Below are positions 13,201 through 24,449 of a DNA stretch of 64,000 nucleotides, piece after piece. The stretch is from assembly GCA_946965045.2 (NCBI GenBank), contig OX337235.1:2356001-2420000 (forward strand), given 5' to 3'. Position numbers and translations under genes: made by a program. The notes beneath the pieces were generated by a model. That model was not told the origin of the DNA and ran no database searches. It saw only the letters and a list, made by a program, of their open reading frames with translations. Source of the stretch: Epithemia pelagica (lineage: Eukaryota > Protista > Bacillariophyta). Position 1 is the stretch's first letter. The number at the start of each line of letters is the position of its first letter.

Positions 13201-13947
13201 GAGGATGCAGAGCACTTTCTTCGGTGCCCTAGTCGGCGCTCCTGGACCGGACCTATGATGGACGATCTTCGCTCACACTGGGACACTCAATCCGTCGATC
13301 CGCAACTTCAGACCCTGTTTTCTGACTCGCTTCTCCACTGGCTCTCAGATACTCCTCTTCTCCAAATCTTATCCCAACTATCTCCAACCACTCATCACCT
13401 CCCAAACCATCATTGGATGGAAACAAATGTTTTACGGCCGCCTCAGTCTCTACTGGGTCCGCCTCCAAGATTCTTATCTCCTCTCTCAGGATTTTCACTC
13501 ACCCAAACTGCGAGAATCTCTCTTTGTTTCTGGTTCGATCAAGATCCTATGGGCACACTTGCACAAACTTTCGATTAAACGCAATGAAGACACCCATGGT
13601 TCCAACCCTGAAACTCAAGAAGTCGCAGCTTATGCCCAGGCTCAACGCGAAGTAGAGGCGCTGTATGATATACGCCACCTTGTACAACCTTCCGACCACT
13701 CTCTTTTCTATTCATCCCTCGAACAACACTTTGCCACCGACACTACTTCCATCTCTCTCCGATCATGGATCAATACATGGCGTCCCGTCATTCATCGCTC
13801 TGCACACTACAATATAGGAGTATCTATCTAGCACGCTGCTCAGCGCACTGGTAGTTAGTCCGGGCCCGGCGCGTCGGTCGGCTCACTCCGCGCGGGTGAG
13901 TGCGGCAGCGTTAAAATAGACTATAGTTTTTTTTATCTCTACAGAGG
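10242..13947 (+). mobile_element. 5'-truncated non-LTR retrotransposon (Ambal-like LINE): RT + RNase H + CCHC-like, about 3 frameshifts
   Basis: RT: LRVIHLYEQDYNL, YDATACYDRI, GSGQG, FVDD. RNase H: SDGS, RAESYG, TDSESL, HVKGHQD, NVEADTLA. Zn motif CPAC...HFLRC. Frameshifts near 11735, 11995 and 13365. Boundaries are tentative (GTAGCTA at 10235-10241 and 13948-13954). Confidence 0.88.
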
Positions 13948-14033
13948 GTAGCTACCATATTCCTTGTCCAGTAGGAGGAAAACACTTTGCAATTGCCGAC
14001 GAAGATGATTTGTCACCGATGAGTAATCTATGG

Positions 14034-15258
14034 TCAGTCACTATTACTAGCAGTCGAGACTTTGCTAATGTCACGATGATACGCGGCAGTAGCACCCGTT
14101 TTGCGCACAGTATGGTTGTTCCCGTATCCAAACAGCTCGTTGGCGTATTTGCAATCATCTACCTTGCCATCGGCGGTCCTAAATTTGGCCTTCACCAAGG
14201 CAAAGTATGCGCTCATAGTGAGAAGCGAGTCGGAACCAGCTTGATGTTCCGCCCCAAGTCGTTGACATTTCAAATCGTCCGCCAATTTCTGCAAGCCACC
14301 CGAAAAGTACCCATCCAAGATGCTTGTCATGTATTTGACATCATAGATTGTTGGGAAGTATATTTTAAGTAATTCGAAGAAACCTTTCTCCTCTTTTGGT
14401 AGAACTTGAGTTGTAAGAAGTTTCAACAAGTATCCATAATCGTACCCAGAATGGAACGACACCCATTTTACACGATCATCCAACACAAGACCGGATACCA
14501 TCAGTAGTTCCCCGAACAAGAGAGGGTCAATTCCTCGCTTTGCATGGTCCTCGAAGGATATCCCTGACTTTTGCAACAGATCTATCGAATCCTGTGCATA
14601 CATGTCATCTTCCAAACTAAATTTGAAATTGAACTGCCAGCAAGGACACCCAGGAGCAAAATTTCCATCTGCATCGGCAAAGGATAAACCAAGCTGTATG
14701 ATTTTCAACAGATCCACATTGACTTCCAAGGATTTGTAGTGGTAGTCAGCTGTAAAAGACTCCGACACTGGCTTGGCAACAACACCAGGGAACTCGGTAT
14801 CCATGGCCACATAACTACATGGTGATGCCGAAGATACTCCGATCGGTAAGAATATCCCTGTAACGAAAGAACAGCGTATTGCAGAGTGTTGAAGTCACTT
14901 ACGGATATTTTTCAACAACACTGCGAACGACAGCCATCTCCTCTTCTACATTTTCAGCCCAAACGTTGCGGATTTCCAAAGTTTCTCCGTTGTATTGAAA
15001 TGTGTATTTGGAAACCGCGTTGGAATTGGAATTTGAATCAGGAGCAGCACTGGTGCCGCGGCTTGGATACGGTGAGGTTGATCGACTCCGAGTCCCTCCT
15101 ACATTTGGCGAATTGGCAATTCCCATGGTGTAGGCAGTCCCTCCGTTGGTGCTCCCCCCAGACGTCCAAGAACCTGTTCGGTGATAACTTTGCGGATTGA
15201 ATGGTGGCGATTCCGCGGCCAAAACCGACTTGGGATACCCGGTCCCCGTGGTCGCCAT
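14034..15258 (-). CDS. CAF1: CCR4-NOT deadenylase subunit CAF1/POP2 (CNOT7/8), 2 exons
   Basis: Intron 14815-14902 gives KYPYVAMDTEFPG; FHSGYDYGYL and HQAGSDS DEDDh motifs. Confidence 0.93.
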
Positions 15259-15659
15259 GGCTACTCAACAGCGGCACCGCCGATGTCTCCTTGTCGGGTT
15301 TTGAATTGTCGTTTTCAGAACAGAAGATTATCACTAATGACGGGCTGCTCAAGATGAGCCCCCTTCTTTGATCAAAATCCCCTGAATATTAAACGGGGGG
15401 ATTGTTTTGGGGGTGGTTTCGGCTGGGCCCATTGGTGTTAGTGTAGACAAGCTTCGTCCGTGACTCCATGTCCAGTTCGTGACTCTTGAAGGGATTCCAT
15501 AAATAAAAGGGGTGACAAAAGCAACATATGTCATTTTTCTTAGAGACTTTGCATTTCACTCACGGGGGAACTCAGGAAGATCTTGCTCTGTGTTGGCCAT
15601 TGCAAAGGAATTCTTGGAGGTGGTTGCATGGAGAAAACCACAGCTACAACCATATAATC

Positions 15660-17750
15660 ATGAAGGCGCTGAAACGACTGAACCGACTGCGGTCCCCAAG
15701 TAAGAGTGAAGATGGTCCCCCGTCATCGCCTCCACCACCCCCATCCAACAAGTCGCTCGGAGTGGACGGCGACAGCATCAGCAATGGTGCCGCTGTTAAT
15801 GCCACCGAAACACCGGCGTACACCATGACCCCTAGAACTTCTTCGTCTCTAAGATCTGCAACGGAGAAAATATCACAGGGGGAAACGCCATATCCAATGG
15901 CGGATTTACCACATGACAGATCCGATCCTTTATGGAATGATATTCGGCAGGAATACGGCTTGACGCTTCCCGAACTTGGTGCTCTCAAGAATGCCGTTCA
16001 TGCATCTGAAGGAATGAATGAAGAAATCGAAGTTTCCCAAGAAGGTAAGGTGGACGTTGTACAGATGGAGCAGGATCCTATCGCCGATGCTAGTGAGGCC
16101 ACCAGTGCAGAACCGAACATCGAACCGGTGGAGGAAAGCCATGTTGTTCCACCTCCTCCTCCAGTTCCAAATGCGTCAGTAGCGTCACCCGCCGACCATC
16201 AAGAAAACACGAATAACGAACAGGCTTCCGGAGTGGGGGAATCCAATGAATCAACCGGAGCCGAGGATGAAACAGAAACAGAAACTGAAGGAGACTTGGA
16301 TGACCTAGACAACGAGCTTGCACGAATGAATATAGATAGAGATTTTGAGTGCTGGTCGTCATTCAGAAATTCCATTACCCGTCGGTCCGTGATGAAGAAT
16401 TCGGGCGGAGACGAGGAAGAAAAGGCGCTTCCGACTCTAGGTTCCATTACGGAGGCGACTGTCAATGAAGAGATGGCGGAGGCAGAAGATCTTGAGAAGT
16501 GGGGAAAACGGCTCATGAGAGAAGAAGTATTTTCTCTTCGATATCGACCATCGAAGGCCGAAAAGAAGGAATTGTCGGAACTTGAGAAACAACTTGGCCT
16601 GAGGTCAGCGTCTAGTTTCATTTCGGCTTTGGTCGATTCTTCAGCGAGTGCCAATGAAGCTACCTGGAAACAACTCGTTCACCCAGAATCAAAGAAACCT
16701 TCCAGTATCTTGCTCAAGCGAGGTCCCATTCTCTACAAATCATCGTCTGACCAAGAGGAGAAAGAACACGAAGCAGAATTGATTCTTCTGACGCATGGTT
16801 TTGTGATTGCCAAAGTACAGCCACATGGAAATAGTGGATCTCAAAGCTCTGGGATGGGTACCTCCGGAGCAATTGTATCAAGGACTTTTGAGCGTGCGTT
16901 TCCTTTAACTTCTGTTGTTTGCGCGGGCCCGGACAGTGATGATGAATGCGGTTGGGAAATTGTCGTCCGATCGAAAGGACAGGAGAAGCTTCACTTTGTT
17001 TCGGGAAGTGTCAAACAACAGGCTGCGTGGCTCAAGGCAATGGAAACGACCATCGTAAATCATTACATGCATGACCAAAACTTTCACAAAGACCTCGGTT
17101 GGCAATATAGACTTATCCACAAGCCTGGTTTCACAAGGGCGGTACTGGGTGTTGAAGATGACCTTATACCAGCGGAAACAGACTCTCTGAACAATCTGGA
17201 TTCGTACAATGGATATGCACCTCTGCACGTAAGTATGGACGTCGACTGAGTCCTTTTTCCTATACTGCATCTTACAGTGTATGTCTTGTTTTAGTATGCC
17301 GTTCGACTGAATCATGAACGAATAGTACAAAGCCTTCTTGAGGACGACAACGTCGATCCCAACGTCCGCGACGAAGATGGGCGTACACCAGCAGTGCATG
17401 CCGTTCAAGACGAGGCTCCTACCGAAATTTTAGCACTGTTGAGCAGGTTCGGAGCAACCGACATCGAAAAGGCAAAGAGTGAACGAGATGAGCTCTTTGA
17501 GCGTGTGGCAGCGACGCAATCCGAACGCGAAGAACGTCGTGAAGCAGAACAACAAAAGGAGGCTTTGGCTGCCCAATCCAAAATGAGTGAAAATATGCGT
17601 CTCCTTCAAGAGCGTGGACAAAAGATCGACGAGGCAGCGGACAAGGCTCAAGAACTCAATGATAATGCTACTGAGTACGCTGACCTCGCTCGTCAGCTAA
17701 AAGAGAAGACAAGGAAACAAGCAAGTTGGAATCCTTTTGGACGGAAGTAG
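15660..17750 (+). CDS. PH-like + ankyrin + C-terminal R-SNARE coiled-coil protein without TMD (amisyn/tomosyn-like)
   Basis: Intron 17229-17294 joins GYAPLH to YAVRLNH...DPNVRDEDGRTP (ankyrin). PH-like block ILLKRG...ELILLTHGFVIA...QAAWLKAM. SNARE motif MSENMRLLQERGQKIDEAADKAQEL. Confidence 0.75.
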
Positions 17751-17854
17751 GCCTCAGTTACAGATAAGAGTACGTTTGATCGAATGGTGGCACCGGATGC
17801 TACGACATTCACTACATGCGTTGGACCGAGTACATAGCCTTCCCGAAATGCTGC

Positions 17855-18658
17855 TCAGTTCGCTTCTTCACTGCTGGTGGATTCAGCCTTCTCCACAACA
17901 ACAGTACTTAGGATATCAACCATTTTGACCACAGAATAGGGTTTCCCTTCGATCATCACATCGTTGCCAGCGTAATCCTTGAACTTAACAGAATCACCTG
18001 GCTTGACGGGCGACGGGGTGAAATTGCCCATGGACGCCATACGTCCCTCTCCGACTTTGGCGACGATTCCCTCACAGGGCACATTACCTTTCATGACCTG
18101 ATTAGCAATCACAACACCACTACTGGTTTGTAAAGGTTTGTCACCAAATTCTTCGTCCAATTCGATCAAAACATAGTCGCGAACAGGCACGACTGCTTCG
18201 AGTTTCATGGTAACACCGGTATAGTACAAAAGAACATCATCGTCCCGGATGATTTGGCATTCATCACCGTTGTATTCTACAGGACGGCCATCAAACTTCC
18301 CATAGAGAACAGAAACACCTTCTTTGATAGGATTTGTAATCCTGACACCGGTAAAAGGATGTATTTTGCCTGGTCCAGAAGCGACAACTAGTCCTTCTGT
18401 CGGTCTCTCTTTGGCCTGATCGGGAAGAAGAATCCCTCCGGCAGTGGCTGTCAAGGTATCTTTCACCTTGACCAGAATGTTGTTGCCCAGTGGGGATATG
18501 GGACCCCGAATGTCCGCACCATCGAGAGTGACCTGAGCGGCATTCCTCAATGTCGTACCTTGTCGTCGAGAACGAGAATCTGGCGTTACCCAAGCCGCAG
18601 CTGGCACCAGTAAGTAAAATGCGATGAATATGCTGAAAATCAAGAATGGATATCTCAT
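17855..18658 (-). CDS. CPN20: Plastid 20-kDa co-chaperonin (tandem GroES domains)
   Basis: PLGNNILVK, GGILLP, YGKFDG, then a second domain VPVRDYVLI, FKDYAG. Signal peptide followed by AAAW bipartite motif. Confidence 0.93.
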   Translation of the reverse strand: MRYPFLIFSIFIAFYLLVPAAAWVTPDSRSRRQGTTLRNAAQVTLDGADIRGPISPLGNNILVKVKDTLTATAGGILLPDQAKERPTEGLVVASGPGKIHPFTGVRITNPIKEGVSVLYGKFDGRPVEYNGDECQIIRDDDVLLYYTGVTMKLEAVVPVRDYVLIELDEEFGDKPLQTSSGVVIANQVMKGNVPCEGIVAKVGEGRMASMGNFTPSPVKPGDSVKFKDYAGNDVMIEGKPYSVVKMVDILSTVVVEKAESTSSEEAN

Positions 18659-20189
18659 AGTACGAGTATCTGTGGTGGTAGAGAACCGTGTTCACTGGTG
18701 ATGGATGGAAGATGGAATGGATGATCCGTGAGTGTGAGTGATGGCATCTTCCGTTTGGCATTTGGCATGTCTCTGTGGTTGTCGTTGATTTGCTGTGATG
18801 TCAGATCACAGACCGCGGTAGAGATTCTGAGAACTGACAACGAACACCGACAACTGACACTCACAAATGCCAAATGCGTATGTGTGGACGGATCGGATAA
18901 TGAGTCACGAGTCATTCACGGTGTACAGTTCGAGCGTTTTGTCCTGTACTCTATGGCCCAATCGATTTCGTCATATGCCCACATTGATGGCATTCAGTAC
19001 GAGTATCCCTAGGAGTATCGGATATGGATATTAACGAGATAAAAGCCTGCCACCAGATAAATGATCCCGGGTTTTATTGGTCCAGTTTGGGCAATAAAAA
19101 GGGATTTGACATTGGACAATTCAGGATCGCGTGCACTCTCTAAAAAGTAGCGGGCAAGCACACATGTAACAAACGCGAAAAGAGACGTTGGTGGTTGCAT
19201 TCATTTGGATTTTGGATCTCACTCGGATGCAGCCTCATTTTCTCATCATTAGGTCCTCAAATTTTGAAGACACCCATCTGCGGCCCATCGTCGCTTTCAT
19301 GCACCATGATGAGAACTCCTGAACAGAAGCCCAAGAGAATCATGATATTTTCCGCCGCCAGCGGTCTACATCGAGCAACAATGTCGGCGAAGTTCTCGAG
19401 GATGACATGGAGGCACCGATCGACTTTACGAAGTTTACGAGCGAACGCTCACAACAGGATCTTTCAGATTCTCCTTTGCAGGACTCTCCGTATATTCTCT
19501 GTCCACGTATGAGCAGCATCGAATACGCGCATTCCAACAGACATATTCCACTCATGGTCACTGAAAAACCCTGCCGTCGTTCCAAAAGCAAAAATTTAAA
19601 AGAAGAAAGGATTGCCCGGAAAAACATTCGGGAGATATCTTTGGTTTTGTAGGGACTGGTTAATTCATGCCTGAACTGGCTCATATGCTCCGAAAAAAAG
19701 AGATGGATCACGCATGAAAGCTTTGTTGGTGTGTGTAACACAAGCACGATGCCTCGATTTCGTATGAGATTTGGCTCAGTACGACTCTGCTACTGTGGTT
19801 TCATGATCCTTTTTATTGCAGACAATCACCTGTTCATATCAAACACTAATGGCTAAATGCTAAGTTATCGCCAAGTTTGCTCTTATTTACTTATACTTAA
19901 ATAGACATTCGTAGTAGTCTAGAAAGGACTGCAACAAACTTGTCCCACAATCGTAGGTCACTCAGTCGTCGCAACAAAACACGCTCGAGTGAAGAAAGGG
20001 TGATACTTGGGGTGGAAATGCTTAAGAAATGCGTTTTGGCACCCAAAGAATCCACGACAGAGAAAACCGGACACAACGGTAGAGAGCATGTACCAGATTT
20101 TAAGATTGGAGAAATCATGATAACAAGTGTTTCATAGAGACAAGCAGTGGCCATACTCGTGTAACGGGGCTTTTCTTACATCACATGGA

Positions 20190-20312
20190 GTCGTCTTCCT
20201 TAGCGCCGTTGCAGTTGCAGGGACCAATATCATTTTCTCTAGGAGTACCATCATGGGGCTAGCTTCACTATGGTAGCTAGGTGAGTCAAATCGGATTCAG
20301 AAGATTTGGTCG
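20190..20312. repeat. Degenerate direct repeat, left copy (partner 22577-22683)
   Basis: Shared blocks in the same order: GTC.TCTTC, CAGTTGCAGGG, GGGCTAG..TCACTATGGTAGCTA, GGTGAG, AAATCGGATTC.GAAG, TTGGTCG. Confidence 0.7.
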
Positions 20313-20431
20313 TGGATATTTAGCCCCCAGCGGGGGTGAGAATTTTGCAGTCTGTCCGTCAATCATTTTCGTGATTCTTCTCCTTCTCACCAGTTTTGGG
20401 CGGGCGTTAGCGTTAGGGGGTTGGGTTATAA

Positions 20432-22162
20432 TTGAACTCAGTCGCCCCATCCCGACAGGGATTTCTGTTGCCCCTGCTCCTGCTTGGGGTAGTAGGTAAG
20501 GTTAGACTATGGCCACCATGGCCGTTGGCCGTTCCGCCACAGCAACATTTCCAAGCCACGACGCCGCAGGCAACAACCGCAACCGCAACTTGTGACCGCA
20601 GGTCGATTGTCAATCGCAAACAGGCTAGACGTGATTTAGAAGACTGTTTGGAGCAGTATCCTCGGATGGATTCTCTGAAAAAGCGGCGATTGCAGAAAGG
20701 TGACATTGTGAAAAACCTGGTGTTTGCAGAAGGAATTCCACCTCTACGGTGCATTATATCAGAGACCGGTCCCTCCGTTCCGAGGGAAAAAGACCATCCT
20801 GTAGTCTCCTTCGAAGAAAGGTACTTTGGTTTGTTGCCACAAGAAGTTTTTGAAGAAGTAAAGGGAGATGTGTCGGGTTTGCAGACTGTGCAAGGCTATG
20901 TGACTTATGCTTCAGAGAATGATGTGGCTACTAGAGTTCACAGCGTTGTCTTCAATGTCCTGGCCGCTCTAGGTTTTGCTGATGTGGCTTCTGTTCATTC
21001 GGAGGTTGCCACTTTCAACATAAGAGCAGATATTTTTGTTGTTGAAGTCCGTGGAATACCAATCGGCGTCATCGAAATAAGAAAACCGGACAAAGATCTC
21101 AAAGTTGTGGGAATGCAGCATCCAAATATACTTGGGGAGCTTTATGATTTTATGGAGCATCTCCCTAATTTCTACGGCGTCTCTCCTGTGTTTGGAGTTT
21201 TGTCAAATCTTGTGGAGTGGAGGGTGGCATGGTTGCCTGATGAAACAGCGGACAAGATTGCCGCTCAAGTTCTAAGCTTCGGGGAGGAAGATGATTATTC
21301 CGTCAACGAAGAGATCGAGCTACCCGATAAAGGGGGCGAAACGAAGGATGAAGGAAACTTGGGCTTTCGGCCTACTGCCACAAAAACCAACCCTATCATT
21401 CATGCCCTAGAAGAAGCCGACGCAGAAGAAGGGACAGAAGAGCACCCCGTCCGCAAGGACGAACGTCATCTGCATGTGTCTAGAATTTTTAGGAGGACGG
21501 ATGGTGACCACGAGGTCTTTCGGGCGCTTTTTTCGGTGATTTTCAAAATGTGTCGTTACGTCAAATTTTGCCCGTTTCGCGATCCGTTTGAGAAACTCGA
21601 AGAGCGTACTTTGTTGAGGTTTTCAAGGGGTGAGGCACCTGTAGTGTGGACTCGCTTACCTAGCCTGACTGGTCAGTGGAATAAAGTTCCCCGTTCTGAT
21701 GTCAGCTAGCTAATTGCCATCGAAGACCTTGGACGTGGTGCCAATGGACGAGTGTGGCTCACATGCACGTCGTCTGGGGCTGTGCGCGTCTTAAAGTTCT
21801 CAATTGAAAGGAATCCCCGGGCTGCTTTGGAGAAAGAACTCGTGATGTGGACGAGGGCTTATCCGGAGTTAAAGGTTTATCTAGAGACTTGGTGCGGTCA
21901 CTTAGCCCTTCGGATGCCCCATTTCGCTGTAATTCACCCTGACCAGCGCTCAACCAAGCTCGCCCTGGTCGAGGAAGCACTACGTGAACACTTTGTGGCC
22001 AACAGACTTGTCCATGAAGATGTCAATTGGCGCAACATTGGTATTTATCGTCAAGGTCGACGAGAGCGTGTAGTTCTGTACGACATGGCAAGTGTCCGGG
22101 AGGCTACCTTAGACGAAGGTGACCTCTGGGTCGATGCCTGTTATCAGCAGCTTCAACCTTGA
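20432..22162 (+). pseudogene. Crinkler-type PD-(D/E)xK nuclease + protein kinase-like gene with one in-frame TAG
   Basis: RADIFVV...IGVIEIRKPD and GELYDFM (REase-like). TAG 21707-21709 is followed in frame by LIAIEDLGRGANGRVWL...VLKF...HEDVNWRNI...LYDM (kinase-like). First in-frame ATG is 20666. Confidence 0.7.
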
Positions 22163-22576
22163 ACTGCGGCGGAAGTGTCAACGACAGTCGCCTCTTGCGA
22201 ACCGAGAAGGATCTGTGTCACGTTGTACAAAGTGATGGATCTTGTTCTTCTTGTTGTTGTTGTTCGCTATGAGATGTTTGAAGTTTTCACCTCTGTTTTC
22301 CTTCTTGACTGTAACCCACTTCGAGTTGGTCCAAGAGTTGGTCCACGTCCACACCCGTATTGTTGTCGTCTAGAGTTACTGGTGGCCGTTCTTCTTCTCC
22401 AGTTCTTGACTCCAGTCGAGGGAGGATCGCAAAGCTTGCTGGCGGTGGGGATCCTGTCGCAGCTGCTTCAACGAAATAGGCATAATAATACTGATGATAA
22501 TGGTCCATAGAAACCAGAAACGCAGCAACCATCATCATCATCCACGGATCTTTATGATGGAGTACTTTGTGTGTTT

Positions 22577-22683
22577 TGTCATCTTCTTCAGCTCAGTTGC
22601 AGGGCTAGAATCACTATGGTAGCTACTCCTACCTACCAGGTGAGACACTCTTTCGGACGAAATCGGATTCGGAAGCATTGGTC
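22577..22683. repeat. Degenerate direct repeat, right copy (partner 20190-20312)
   Basis: Same blocks as the left copy, with indels between them. Confidence 0.7.
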
Positions 22684-23413
22684 GCGAGACTCAAAACTCC
22701 GAGCTCCGAGCCTATTGTACTCTCTATTGTACTCTTTTTAGCAAGTAGAGAAAAAGGGCTTAAATATTTTGTGTGTAGCCAACCTGTGATGATAGATGAA
22801 ACTTTGTACTATTGCCCATGCAACTTTCGGGCATCCTTCTTCACGACTACTCGTAATACGAGTAAGGTTAAGGGCATACTCGTACTCAGAACTCAGACTC
22901 CTAATCGAAACTCGACAAGACAAAATCCAACCAATAAAAATCCAACAATAGACCACAAACACCAATCAGCAGTCAGCATGCCAGCATGACATCAATTGGA
23001 TCTTGATTGATGATCTGTGCGGTGAGTACTCATGATTATTAAGCCCAAAAGTTTACTTATTTATCCCCATTCACACACTGGACACTACCAGACTTTCTCC
23101 ATCACAAATAGTTTCAATAAGCCCACCTTGAATGGCGATTCGCAACGAAAAATCTCCATCGGTTGACACATCGTGTTCAGTTGATTATCATGTAGACACA
23201 ACGAATGATGACAGATAGGTAGCGTTGATGTCGTTTGTCGTACTCCCGCACGGAGGCACATGAAGCGCGTATTCGTCAACTGGTAAGCATCACAATCACA
23301 CATGCTCAAACGCCAAAGGACTGTCTTTGCCTTGCAAGACAGCGAAGCCCCAACTCTCATAAAATCTGTAATCAAACTGTAAACCTGGCATTGCACCATC
23401 ACTGCTTGAAACC

Positions 23414-24010
23414 ATGGCCTCTCCATCATCATCATCTACATCGTCCCCTTCTTCATTTCGATTCATCAAATCATGTCTGGGCGCTTCTCCCACGCAGAGG
23501 TTCCAAAACAAGAGGAATGTCTCGGGAGGCTCCAAAAACAAGAAAATCATCCATGCCAAGACATCTCAAGAGCCAATGGACCTGCGAGACTGTTCCTCCT
23601 CCCAATTCCATCTCGCTGTGGGCGGAGGGGACCATGCGTTCCATGGAAACAACTATAACCACTCTTCTTCATCCATTGAGACAAGTGACATGTCTCATTC
23701 TACCGCTCCCACTTCTTCTAAATCGCTCTCCTCCCAAGACGAAGCACAAGGAGGTGACGAAGTCCGTCATAATGGGCCGGAACAGCAAATTATTTCCAAT
23801 CGCCGATTGTGGGAATACACCAACCAGGATAGCTACCGCCTTCCAAATGCTTTGGCTGGTGTTCGAACTAATTCAAGGAGCTCCTCCGATGAGAGCAGTC
23901 ATCGTGAATCTTTCTTCAATGCGGACGCACCGAGTTCGGAATTTATGTTGGCACCTCCTCGTTCTCGAGGTAATCGCAACAGCCCTATTGATCTTGGTCT
24001 CACAATATAA
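23414..24010 (+). CDS. Hypothetical Ser-rich protein
   Basis: 198-aa ATG-started ORF of low complexity; overlaps a 272-aa ORF in another frame, so the frame choice is uncertain. Confidence 0.4.
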   Translation: MASPSSSSTSSPSSFRFIKSCLGASPTQRFQNKRNVSGGSKNKKIIHAKTSQEPMDLRDCSSSQFHLAVGGGDHAFHGNNYNHSSSSIETSDMSHSTAPTSSKSLSSQDEAQGGDEVRHNGPEQQIISNRRLWEYTNQDSYRLPNALAGVRTNSRSSSDESSHRESFFNADAPSSEFMLAPPRSRGNRNSPIDLGLTI

Positions 24011-24449
24011 TGCGTCTATAAATGGAGCGCATTTGAATTGGTCTTTTGTGTGATTCAGATAAGTGGTGATTGCACGCCCATACGAAGATCGGTTGCCTCA
24101 AGCCCGCGGGATCACCGCATCAGCATATGGGGATTTGTTCAGGGGAAACGCAGTCTCCAGTAGGCACAGTTTTGACATCTCAACCTCACTTCTATAATGT
24201 TAAAAAAGAACTGCTACCTACTCCTTCATGCTTCATAGATTGGCTTCATGTACATGTTTATGCGAAATGAGAAGAACCACACCCAGAAGCAGTCATTGTC
24301 ATTGATCGACCGAAACGGGGGAGAGGGGCCTTCGGCCCTCAAATTCCGAATTTCTATCCCCAATTTTCTCATAGAGCTCTAATCCGTAGGTATTCGTCGA
24401 CAATGGCGACTACTCGAAACAAGAACTCATAGTCCCTCACGGTGAAGCA

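Noticed and set aside
18700-20160. Short ORFs on both strands (19009-19200, 19340-19747, 19407-19652, 19897-20154)
   Set aside because: No recognisable motif or consistent exon chain; may be a small gene or a relic, but not supportable.
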